From Macrostomum lignano (Eukaryota), in assembly GCA_002269645.1 (NCBI GenBank), contig NIVC01000028.1:248001-312000 (forward strand): 64,000 nucleotides of DNA, given 5' to 3'. A program made the translations under genes and the position numbers. Shown one piece after another: positions 27,326 through 39,016 of this stretch (the first letter of the stretch is position 1; every line of letters begins with the position of its first letter). Below the pieces are notes generated by a model that was given only the letters and a program-made list of their open reading frames with translations, was not told where the DNA came from and made no database searches.

Positions 27326-28099
27326 CTGAGAAGCTGATTACTGCGCTGTCTAAAAAAGAGATTATTGCGCTCGCTGAGACGTGGATTGTTGCACAACCTG
27401 AGAAAGCGATTATTGCATTAGCGGAAGTAACATTTGCACTAGCTACTTGCTGTCTCGTGGATGCTTGCTCTCGAGGGGGATACTTGCTATTTGGGAGAGG
27501 GGTACTGGCTACATGCATGGGATTCTTTCTATCCAGGGATGCTTGCTATTCAGGGATTCTTGCTATCTGCAGGATGCTTGCTATTTAGGGATTCTTGCTA
27601 TCTGCAGGATGCTTGCTATCTGGGTGGATGCTTCTATAATATCTGGGGGGTGCTTGCTATCTGCAGGATGCTTCTATAATATCTGGGGGTGCTTGCTATC
27701 TGCAGAATGCTTGCTATCTGGGTGGATGCTTCTATAATATCTGGGGGGTGCTTGCTAATCTGCAGATGCTTGCTATCTGTGGTGATTCTTGCTATGAGCA
27801 TTAGAGGATGCTTGCTATCTGCGATTGTTCACTTTTGGAGGGGGTTGCTTGCTGTCTTGGGAATATTTTCTATTTAGGGAAACGATATTTTGTTGACTGT
27901 TTGTTAATTTTAGAGAAAAAGTGATTTTTTAATTTTGCAAACATCTTAGTCCGTGACAATTTTACACGAATAAGGTGATTTTTAAAATGTGAAGAAGGAA
28001 TTAGTGTTTAAGAAAATGTGTTTTTTTATTGTTTTCCATGAACTATTTTTGCTCCTTTCTTATTGGGCGCCCCGAAGGGGGGCCGCACTAGATTGCTAG

Positions 28100-30021
28100 T
28101 CTCCTAATACTAAAACCGACGCGATGTTTGTCTGTCTGTCTGTCTGTCTGTATGTTGCAAGTGAACTCCTACAATTCTGGTAAGTCAGCGTCGAAACTTA
28201 TATGGGAAAACTGCAAATTTTCCGGAGCAGGCTTTAGGCTATTTTAATTTTTAATTTTCACATTTTAACATCCCTAAAAAAGCATAAATCTGCTTTTTTA
28301 ACCCCCAATAACCTTCTTTGGCCACTCTGCCTGGGGCTGCAGCCAGTTTGTAAAAATAGCCACCCCAACCTCCGCCCGCGGGCCGCTGTGTATTGAGGGG
28401 TGGTGGGTGCGCGTGTTCTGGGTTCAATGCAAATAAAACCCCCGCGTATTGGGGGTTGAATTAAATTTAATGCTTCCCCAGAACGGGGGTTGGGCTTGGG
28501 CTGAGTGTACATAGCAGTTGTACAGTGTAAATAGATAGACTGTGTCGAGATTCATTTGGTTTTATTATTGGCAGCCCTGTGTATTAGTTTGGCAGTGAAA
28601 TTCAATGAATAAACTTGCGAGCTTCTCTAGCAAGCAGTCGGGAAATCGGTAAATTTCAAACGCTAACTGTTCCTCGAGTTTTAAACTTTGAGAGGAGAGA
28701 CTTATATTGCTGGAAAGATCTTGCAGCGCTGAGTTCGGGGATATAAGTTGTATGCTTTAAATATGAAAAGAGAAAGCACCGCATTTAAAAAACTATTTCC
28801 ATACTTTTAACTTTCTGCAAAAATTGTACTCAGTTTTGCGAGACGTAATAGATAAAGTTGGGCGTATTGGAAGGGGGTCTGCCGCTGCGTATTGGAGGGT
28901 TGATTTAGATTGCGCAACCGTTTATTTAACTTTAAATAAGACTGATACTGTCTGACTGAGAAATGGTTTGCGCAATTAATTGATTCAATTAATTCAACAC
29001 GCAGCTCTATGCAGCTCTAACCCTAACCCTAACCAATGAATTCTGAGAGTTAAGTTCTTTTTGACAGAGAAAATTTCGATTGAGTCCAGTTTCACGGAGT
29101 ATTCTGATGGTTTTCGGTTTCACGGAGAGGATTTCTTTTTCGTGGAGAGAATCTAGATGTATTTCTGTTTTACGGAGACGATTTTGATGGATGTCAGTTT
29201 CACTCAGAGGATTTCCATGGAGCCCAGTTTCACGGAGAGGATTTCTGTTTCGCGGATTGGATTTCGAAAGGAGTCCAGTTTCACGGAGAGGGTTTCTGTT
29301 TCGCGGAGAGGATTTCTGTTTCGCGGAGAGGATTTCTGTTTCGCGGAGAGGATTTCTGTTTCACGAAGGGATTTTTATGGATTTGGTATCTTCAGTCAGT
29401 CAGTAAAGAGGGTAAAGAGAAGAGTGAAAAGAGAAGAGAGAAGAGATTATAGAAAAGAGAGTAGAGATGAGAGAGGACAGATTAGACATGACAGATGGGA
29501 GAGAAGAGGGGAGTAAGGCGGGAACGAAGAGGGAGAGAGAAGAAAAGAGGAGAGAGGAGATGAGAGGGAAGATATGAGATAGCAGAGGGAGACAGGAGAG
29601 ATGAGAGGAGAGAGAAGAGAGGAGCTGAGAGTAGAGGAGAAAGAAATAGTGAGATGAGGCATGAGGGATGAGAGATGAGAGAGGAGAGAAGAGAGGAGAG
29701 AGGAGAAAACAGGGGATAAAGGAGACAGGAGAGAAAGACGAAAGACGAGGGAGAAGAGATAAATAAGGTGGTAGAGATGAGAGACGTGAGAGGAGAGAAA
29801 AGAGAAGAGAGGAGACAGAAGAATCTGAGTCTGGACAATGGCAGTCAGTTTTTGCGAACAGGGAAAACAAGATATGGTATTTGAAAGGCTTTACAGAGGA
29901 TTTGGAGATGATTTGGAAGATGGGATTCAAGTCATGGAATTTCAGCTGATGGATTTCAGGGAATGGAATTCCGGTGATGGGAGTTCTTCCCCTTTCTCCT
30001 CCATCGGAGGAGTTGGCCTCG
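28100..30021 (+). mobile_element. Helitron family E (about 1.9 kb), with a non-canonical CTCG 3' end
   Basis: 5' TCTCCTAATACTAAAA plus (TCTG)n. The 3' end has a perfect 7-bp stem CTCCTCC-ATC-GGAGGAG (29996-30012) followed by TTGGCCTCG, abutting the TC start of the next element. Confidence 0.65.
29115..29825 (+). repeat. 20-bp repeats (TTTCGCGGAGAGGATTTCTG) followed by an AG-rich purine tract in family E
   Basis: Tandem units to about 29370, then a GA-rich low-complexity tract at 29405-29825. Confidence 0.85.
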
Positions 30022-33000
30022 TCCAATATACTAAAAATGAAAATCTTGCTTGCTTGTAATCGATTAGAGAAAAAATGGCTTAACCGATTTTCATGAGACT
30101 TGCACTGTTCGATCAGAAATTTTCCCGTGACGGTACATGCATCGTGGCTAAGAAATTGCTCGATGCTAAAGGCATTAAATATTCGAAAAACATGCTTTTT
30201 TGCAAAGGTCAAGCAAACTTTTCGACTTGAAATGCATTGTAAGAATGCTAGAGAAAAATCTGACTGGTTGAATTCTGATTCTGAAATAGATTGCATCATA
30301 ACTGAATTGTAACTCCGACTTGAATTGAAAATGCAGTGTGGAAGCGTAGCACCAGACTTGATTTAAATTGCGTAACCATATTGTTAACTGATACTGACTG
30401 ACTGAGAAACTGATTATGTCATAACTGCTTCGTGTGATTTACTCTATGCTTGGATTTTAAAGTGTTGAATTATATAAGTGAAAAATTTCATGTTATCAAA
30501 ACGATGAGAGCTAGCCTAGAGGTGAACAAACTGAAATGCTAAATGCAGTTTGGTTCGAATTGGTTCGAATTTTCATAGAGTATAATTTTTTTAATTAAAG
30601 CTTTTCAACGTCAGGAAAACTAAAAGACTTTTTAAAAAGAAGCGTCATGTAAAAATCATAGAAGTGTCATATAAAAATGATAGATGCGTCATTTACAAAA
30701 TCATAGAAGCGTCATATAAAAATCATAGATGCGTCATTTAAAAAATCATAGAAGCGTCATGTAAACAATCATAGAAGCGTCATGTAAACACTCGTAGAAG
30801 CGTCATGTAAACAATCATAGAAGCGTCATGTAAACAATCATAGAAGCGTCATGTAAACAATCATAGAAGCGTCATGTAAAAAATCGTAGAAGCGTCATGT
30901 AAAAATCATAGAAGGGTCATGTTAAAAATCATAGAAGCATCATTTAAAAAATCGTAGAAGCGTCATGTAAACAATCATAGAAGCGCCATGTAAAAAATCG
31001 TAGAAGCGTCATGTAAACAATCATAGAAGCGTCATGTAAAAAATCGTAGAAGCGTCATGTAAACAATCATAGAAGCGTCATGTAAAAAATCGTAGAAGCG
31101 TCATATAAAAATCATAGAAGTGTCATTTAAAAAATCATAGAAGCGTCATGTAAACAATCATAGAAGCGTCATGTAAAAAATCGTAGAAGCGTCATATAAA
31201 AAGCATAGAAGCGTCATGTAAACAATCATAGAAGCGTCATGTAAACAATCAGAGAAGCGTCTTGTAAAATATCGTAGAAGCGTTATGTAAAAATCATAGA
31301 AGCGTCGTGTAAACAATCATAGAAGCGTCATGTAAAAATCATAGAAGCGTCATGTAAAAAATCATAGAAGCGTCATGTAAAAAATCGTAGAAGCGTCATA
31401 TAAAAATCATAGAAGCGTCATGTAAACAATCATAGAAGCGTCATGTAAACAATCATAGAAGCGTCATGTAAACAATCATAGAAGCGTCATGTAAACAATC
31501 ATAGAAGCGTCATATAAAAATCATAGAAGCGTCATGTAAACAATCATAGAAGCGTCATGTAAAAATCATAGAAGCGTCGTGTAAACAATCATAGAAGCGT
31601 CATGTAAAAATCATAGAAGCGTCATGTAAACAATCATAGAAGCGTCATGTAAAAATCATAGAAGCGTCATGTAAAAAATCATAGAAGCGTCATGTAAAAA
31701 TCATAGAAGCGTCACGTAAACAATCATAGAAGCGTCATGTAAAAAATCATAGAAGCGTCATGTAAAAATCAGAGAAGCGTCATGTAAACAATCATAGAAG
31801 CGTCATGTAAAAAATCATAGAAGCGTCATGTAAAAATCATAGAAGCGTCATGTAAAAATCATAGAAGCGTCATGTAAACAATCATAGAAGCGTCATGTAA
31901 AAAATCGTAGAAGCGTCATGTAAACAATCATAGAAGCGTCATGTAAACAATCATAGAAGCGTCATGTAAACAATCATAGAAGCGTCATGTAAAAAATCAT
32001 AGAAGCGTCATGTAAACAATCATAGAAGCGTCATGTAAACAATCATAGAAGCGTCATGTAAACAATCATAGAAGCGTCATGTAAACAATCATAGAAGCGT
32101 CAATTAAAGAATCATAAAAGCGTCATATAAAAATCGTAGAAGCGTCATGTAAACAATCATAGAAGCGTCATTTAAAAAATCATAGAAGCGTCATGTAAAC
32201 AATCATAGAAGCGTCATGTAAAAAATCGTAGAAGCGTCATGTAAAAAATCGTAGAAGCGTCATGTAAAAAATCATAGAAGCGTCATGTAAACAATCATAG
32301 AAGCGTCATGTAAACAATCATAGAAGCGTCATGAAAAAATCATAGAAGCGTCATGTAAACAATCATAGAAGCGTCATGTAAACAATCATAGAAGCCTCAT
32401 TTAAAAACTAATGAAAGTGTCATTTAAAAAATTAAGAAGCGTCACGGTAGAATAAAAGAAACGTCATGTCAGACATGAAGGGTTCATGTAAAAATTAAGT
32501 GCAACTATAATGCTGTGCTGGGGAGAAAAACTGAGACGTAAAGGCTCACGGAGAATAACTGAGATTACGGGGGGTGGGGTTCTGAGATGTCAAAGCAAAA
32601 GTCAGAAGCTAATTCAAAGTTAATGTACTTTACTCAATTTTTTTATTGCTTTTTTTGTTGGCTCGCCACGGGGGGGGGCGCTGATAGAAGAAGAGTCATG
32701 TAAAAAATAAAAGTAGCACTATGTATACATAATAGAAAAGTCATGTCGAAGTTAAAAGATTCATTTGGGAATTGCTACGATGTCAAAGCTTGGTGGAAAT
32801 CGTTATAGTGCTGTGATTCTTAAAGAAGGAATCACTAAAATGTCAAGGCTTAGGGGAGAAGAATTGCTGAGATTTCAAGGCTTTAGGTTGGGTTAAAGTT
32901 AGGTTTAGGTCAGGTGTTGGTTGAGGGTTATATTTTATCGGGTTTCAAGGTTAACGGGATTTTTTAGATTTCAAGGTTTATGGGGGGCCATCGCTGACAT

Positions 33001-33568
33001 GTCAAGGCTTACGGGGGGAATAGCTGAGATGTCAAGGCTCACGAGGGTATAAATGAGATTTCAAGGCTAAAGTCAGAAGCTACATGTAGTTTATTGAAAA
33101 CTTTTTATTACATTATTTGATGCCTCCTCAGGGGAGGGATCGCTAATTAAAAAAGCGTAATGTAAAAAATAAAAGAAGCTTCATGTTGAAGTTAAGATAT
33201 TCATTTGGGAATCCCTACGATGTCGAGGCTTGCAGGGAATCGCTATAATGCTGTAGTAGTGCTATAATGACTCTTAGAGAGAATTACTGAAATTTCAATG
33301 CTTTAGGGTTAGGTTAGGGTTAGGGTTAGGCTAGGGTTAGGGTTAGAAGGTTGACAGATATTTTTAGATTTCCAAGGCTTATTGGAGGCATTGCTGAGAT
33401 GTCAAGGGGGGGAGTTGATATGTTAAAGCTTGTGGGGGGAATTACTGACATGTCAAGGCTTACAAGGTTTGACAGGAGATTTTTTAAGATTTCAAGGATA
33501 CATGTAGCTTATTAAAAAAACGTGTATTGCATTTCTCTGGCTCCCCAACGGGGGGCGTAGATTGCTAG
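30022..33568 (+). mobile_element. Helitron family A, complete copy (about 3.55 kb)
   Basis: 5' TCCAATATACTAAAAATG and 3' hairpin plus CTAG (33565-33568). Near-identical to the reconstructed 1101-2262 + 11101-13091 copy. Confidence 0.85.
30640..32400 (+). repeat. 22-23-bp family A satellite
   Basis: Tandem units. Confidence 0.95.
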
Positions 33569-36255
33569 TAATATACTAAAAATGAAAATCTTGCTTGCTT
33601 GTAATCGATTAGAGAAAAAATGGCTTAACCGATTTTCATGAGACTTGCACTGTTTGATCAGAAATTTTCCCGTGACGGTACATGCATCGTGGCTAAGAAA
33701 TTGCTCCATGTTAAAGCGATTAAATATTCGAAAAACATGCTTTTTTGCAAAGGTCAAGCAAACTTTTCGACTTGAAATGCATTGTAAGAATGCTAGAGAA
33801 AAATCTGACTGGTTGAATTCTGATTCTGAAATAGATTGCATCATAACTGAATTGTAACTCTGACTTGAATTGAAAATGCAGTGTGGAAGCGTAGCACCAG
33901 ACTTGATTTAAATTGCGTAACCATATTGTTAACTGATACTGACTGACTGAGAAATTGATTATGTCATAACTGCCTCGTGTGATTTACTCCATGCTTGGAG
34001 TTTTGAAACTTATAATTATAAGTGCTAAAATTCATGTTATCAAAACGATGAGAGCTAGCCTAGAGGTAAACAGACTGACTGCTAAATGCAGGGACGATGG
34101 TTCAAATTTTGAGAGAGTGGAATTTTTTTAATTAAAGCTTTTTAACACCAAGAAGAAAACTAAAAAATCATAGAAGCGTCATGTAAAAAATCATAGTAGC
34201 GTCATGAAAAAATCATAGAAGCGTCATGAAAAAAACATAGGAGCGTCATGAAAAAATCATAGAAGCGTCATGTAAAAATCATAGAAGCGTCATGTAAACA
34301 ATCATAGAAGCGTCCTGCAGATATCGTAGAAGCATCATGAAATAATCATAGAAGCGTCATGTAAAAAGCATAGAAGCGTCATGTAAAAAATCATGGAAGC
34401 GTCATGTAAAAATCATAGTAGCGTCATGTAAAAATCATAGAAGCGTCATGTAAACAATCATAGAAGCGTCCTGCAGATATCGTAGAAGCGTCATGAAATA
34501 ATCATAGAAGCGTCATGTAAAAAGCATAGAAGCGTCATGTAAAAAATCATGGAAGCGTCATGTAAAAATCATAGTAGCGTCATGTAAAAATCATAGAAGC
34601 GTCATGAAAAAATCATAGAAGCGTCATGAAAAAAACATAGGAGCGTCATGAAAAAATCATAGAAACGTCATGTAAAAATCGTAGAAGCGTCATGTAAAAA
34701 TCATAGAAGCGTTATGTAAAAATGATAGATGCGTCATGTAAACAATCATAGAAGCGTCATGTAAACAATCATAGAAGCGTCATGTAAAAAATCATAGAAG
34801 CGTCATGTAAAAATCATAGAAGCGTCATGTAAAAAAACATAGAAGCGTCATGTAAAAATCATAGAAGCGTCATGTAAAAATCATAGAAGCGTCATGTAAA
34901 AAATCGTAGAAGCGTCATTTAAAAATCATAGAAAGCGTTATTTAAAAAAATCATAGAAGCGTCATGTAAAAAATCAGAGAAGCGTCATGTAAACAATCAT
35001 AGAAGCGTCATGTAAAAAATCATAGAAGCGTCATGTAAAAATTATAGAAGCGTCAAGAAAAAATCATAGAAGCGTCATGTAAAAAATCATAGAAGCGTCA
35101 TGTTAAAATCATAGAAGCGTCATGAAAAAATCATTGAAGCCTCATTTAAAAACTAAGGAAAGTGTCATTTAAAAAATTAAGAAGCATCATGGTAGAATAA
35201 AAGAAGCGTCATGTCAGACATGAAGGGTGTCATTTAAAAATAAATGCAGCTATAAGCTGTGCTGGGGAGAAAAACTGAGACGCAAAGGCTCTCAGAGAAT
35301 AACTGAGATTACGGGGGGGGGGGGTTGCTGAGATGTCAAAGCAAAAGTCAGAAGCTACTTCAAAGTTCATGTACTTTACTCAATTTTTTTATTACATTCT
35401 TTGTTGGCTCGCCACGGGGGGGTCGCTGATAGAAGAAGAGTCATGTAAAAAATAAAAGTAGCACTATGTAATACATAAAAGAAAAGTCATGTCGAAGTTA
35501 AAAGATTCATTTGGGAATTGCTATGATGTCAAAGCTTGGAGGGAGAAGAATTGCTGAGATTCAAGGCTTTAGGTTGGGTTAAAGTTAGGTTTAGGTCAGG
35601 TTTGGGTTGAGGGTTAGATTTTATCGGGTTTCAAGGTTAACGGGGGATTTTTCAGATTTCAAGGTTTATGGAGGCCATCGCTGACATGTCAAGGCTTACG
35701 GGGGGAATAGCTGAGATGTCAAGGCTCACGGGGGTATAAATGAGATTTCAAAGCTAAAGTCAGAAGCTACATGTAAACAATCATGTAAAGTTTATTGAAA
35801 ACTTTTTATTACATTATTTGATGCCTCCTCAGGGGAGGGATTGCTGATAAAAAAAGCGTAATGTAAAAAATAAAAGAAGCTTCATGTCGAAGTTAAGAGA
35901 TTCATTTGGGAATCCCTACGATGTCGAGGCTTGCAGGGAATCGCTTTAATGCTGTAGTGCTATAATGACTGTTAAAGAGAATTACTGAAATGTCAATGCT
36001 TTAGGGTTAGGGTTAGGGTTAGGGCTAGGGTTAGGCTAGGGCTAGGGTTAGAAGGTTGACAGATTTTTTAAGATTGCAAGGCTTATGGGGCATTGCTAAG
36101 ATGTCAAGGGGGTTGATATGCTAAGGCTTGTGGGGGGATTTTCTGACATGTCAAGGCTTACAAGGTATAATGCAAAGAGACGCTTACATGTAGTTTATTA
36201 AAAAAAACTTGTACTGCATTTTTTTGGCTCCCCAACGGGGGGCGCTGATTGCTAG
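33569..36255 (+). mobile_element. Helitron family A, complete copy (about 2.7 kb)
   Basis: 5' TAATATACTAAAAATG and 3' CCCCAACGGGGGGCGCTGATTGCTAG (CTAG at 36252-36255). Confidence 0.8.
34165..35150 (+). repeat. 22-23-bp family A satellite
   Basis: Tandem units. Confidence 0.95.
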
Positions 36256-37426
36256 TCTCTCGCTAAACTCTCTCCTCTCCACGCCTCTCCACTCGCGGGG
36301 GTACAGAGAAGGCTATTAAAAAGTTATTCCAAAACACTGTACATTCGCTATGTACATTGAGCCCTATCGCCTGACCCTTCGTCTGGCTCTGGGGGAATGA
36401 GTGAGTGAGTGGCACAAACAACAGAAAAAGCAGACAAACTTTACATGTTTACAGTTTCTGTTCTGATTGAGTTAGAGAGTTGAAACTTTACATTTAGACA
36501 GAGAATAAGTCAACGAAGAATTGTGTCAAGTTTGAAGTCAATCGCTTTACTTGGAGCAAACTTATGGCAGCTGAAAGTTAGTCAATTTTGAAACCCTTTT
36601 ACACATCTGGGCCCAGATCGGGAAAGAGAGGCAGGCGGGCGGAGGTTGGGGTGGCTGCCTCGCTGAAAAAAACAGCCAAACTTTAAAAGTGCACAGCGGC
36701 TTTCAGGATTAACTTTGAGATTTGAAATTTTACACGATTGTGTCAAAATAGTTGAAAATTGCCTGTGTCAAATTTGAAGAGAATCGGTAGAAGTGGAGCG
36801 GCGCTATGGAGGATTTAGTGAAAAAATCGCGCATTTTGAGCAGTTTTTTGTACTTTTAGGTAGGAAGACTTGAGTCTAGGAAATTAAAAGGTAGCCTAAG
36901 ACATTCTCCGTAGTGAGTTTAGGGTGGGTGTAAAGTTTGGTGTAATTTGGTTGAGTGGTTTGGGAGTCCATAGCGATCAAAATTGTCCACAGACACACAG
37001 ACAGACAGACAGACAGACACACAGACAGAGTTTTGATTTTTATAGTTAGAGAAGACTTGAGTCTAGGAAATTAAAAGGTAGCCTAAGACATTCTCCGTAG
37101 TGAGTTTAGGGTGGGTGTAAAGTTTGGTGTAATTTGGTTGAGTGGTTTGGGAGTCCATAGCGATCAAAATTGTCCACAGACACACAGACAGACAGACAGA
37201 CAGACACACAGACAGAGTTTTGATTTTTATAGTTAGAGAAGACTTGAGTCTAGGAAATTAAAAGGTAGCCTAAGACATTCTCCGTAGTGAGTTTAGGGTG
37301 GGTGTAAAGTTTGGTGTAATTTGGTTGAGTGGTTTGGGAGTCCATAGCGATCAAAATTGTCCACAGACACACAGACAGACAGACAGACAGACACACAGAC
37401 AGAGTTTTGATTTTTATAGTTAGAGA
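36256..37426 (-). mobile_element. Helitron-like non-autonomous element, family F, copy 1, with a triplicated 187-bp terminus
   Basis: The minus-strand 5' end A^TCTCTAACTATAAAAATCAAAACTCTGTCTG with (TCTG)n is Helitron-like. The other end, TTTAGCGAGAGA, lacks a CTAG. A second copy lies at 38242-39016. Confidence 0.6.
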
Positions 37427-38241
37427 TGTTAAAATTTGCATTTTTGTACTTGCATTTGCACTTAGTCAGTAGAACTATATCTATATCGCTTTTTCAGAGA
37501 TTTTTTGATCAAGTTTGTCAAGTTTGAATTCAATTGCTTCATGTGGAGCAAACTTATGACAGCCGAAAGTTAGTCTATTTTAAAACCTTTTCCACATCTC
37601 GCCAGATAAGGGAGAGAGCGGCGAAGGTTGGGGTGGCTGCCTCTCCTGCCCATATTCTCTGCTCTCCTTAACCCCCTCGTCTCTCGCGTTATCTTCTATC
37701 GTTTCTCTTCGCCCCCTCTCGCCCCTACTCTCTTTCTAATAGTCTATTCCTTTTCCTTTTCACTCTCATCTGGCCCGCAGCCATGGGCTGGATTCTTTAT
37801 CTGGCCTTTGAGATAAAAATCTGCCAATCCCTGCTTCAAAAGCCAGTTTGTGGAATTGTGGGACGTAGTACTCGCATGGCTGTTATCATTTCTTATCCTT
37901 TAATCACGTCATCTTTCTGGCCAATTAGCAGCCCTTGAGAGAAATTTGTGTATCTCCAGCTCCACCACCAAAGTCTGCACTCTGCAGCAGTCTAACAACC
38001 AACCAAGGGAAATACGCATTTCTTAGGAGCCATTTAAATTTTAAAGTTACCTTATGCGAATTTTAATGTTAAAAGCTTCATGCTGTAACTAACTGATTTA
38101 GTAGAATTGCATTGTAATCAGTTGTTATTCATTTATTTTTTTCGCTATTTTTACAAACCATCCCACATTGTCTTGACTCTTGATTTGCCATCCACAGTTA
38201 AACTGCTGCAGACTTGTCTATACAGAGGACAGTGGTTTGAA

Positions 38242-39016
38242 TCTCTCGCTAAACTGTCTCTCCTCTCCACGCCTCTAATCGCGGTCGCGGGGTACAGAGA
38301 AGGCTATTAAAAAGTTATTCCAAAACACTGTACATTCGCTATGTACGCTGAGCCCTATCGCCTGACCCTTTGTCTGGGCTGGGGGAATGAGTGAGTGAGC
38401 GGCACAAACAACAGAAAAAGCAGACAAACTTCACATGCTTACAGTTTCTGTCCTGATTGAGATACAGAGTTGAGACTTTACATGTAGGCAGAGAATGAGT
38501 CAATAAAGAATTGTGTCAAATTTGAAGTCAATCGCTTCACGTGGAGCAAAACTATGGCAGCCGAAAGTTAGGCATTTTAAAACCTATTCACACCCTTTGC
38601 CCAGATCGGGAAAGAGAGGCAGGCAGGCGGAGGTTGGGGTGGTTGCTACGCTGAAAAAAACAGCCTAACTTTAAAAGTGCACAGCACCGCTCAGGATTAA
38701 CTTTGAGACTCAAAAGTTTACATGATTGTGCCAAAATAGTTTAAGATTATCTGTGTCAAATTTGAAGAGAATCGGTAGAAGTGGAGCGGCGCTATGGAGG
38801 ATTAAGTGAAAAAATCGCGCATTTTGAGCAGTTTTTTGTACTTTTAGGTAGGAAGACTTGAGTCTAGGAAATTTTAAGGTAGCCTAAGACATTCTCTGTA
38901 GTAAGTTTAGGGTGGGTGTAAAGTTTGGTGTAATTTGGTTGAGCGGTTTGGGAGTCCATAGCGATCAAAATTGTCCACACACACACACACAGAGTTTTGA
39001 TTTTTATATGTAGAGA
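38242..39016 (-). mobile_element. Family F element, copy 2 (775 bp)
   Basis: Collinear with 36256-37050. The ends read ATCTCTCGCTAAAC...ATATGTAGAGAT, which form short imperfect inverted termini. Confidence 0.6.

Larger units (their letters stand above)
24162..28099 (+). mobile_element. Helitron family D (about 3.9 kb)
   Basis: 5' TCTAATATACTAAAAATG, A-like core, 24-bp satellite, decayed 18-bp repeats, and 3' GCCCC-GAA-GGGG...GATTGCTAG (CTAG at 28096-28099). Confidence 0.8.
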
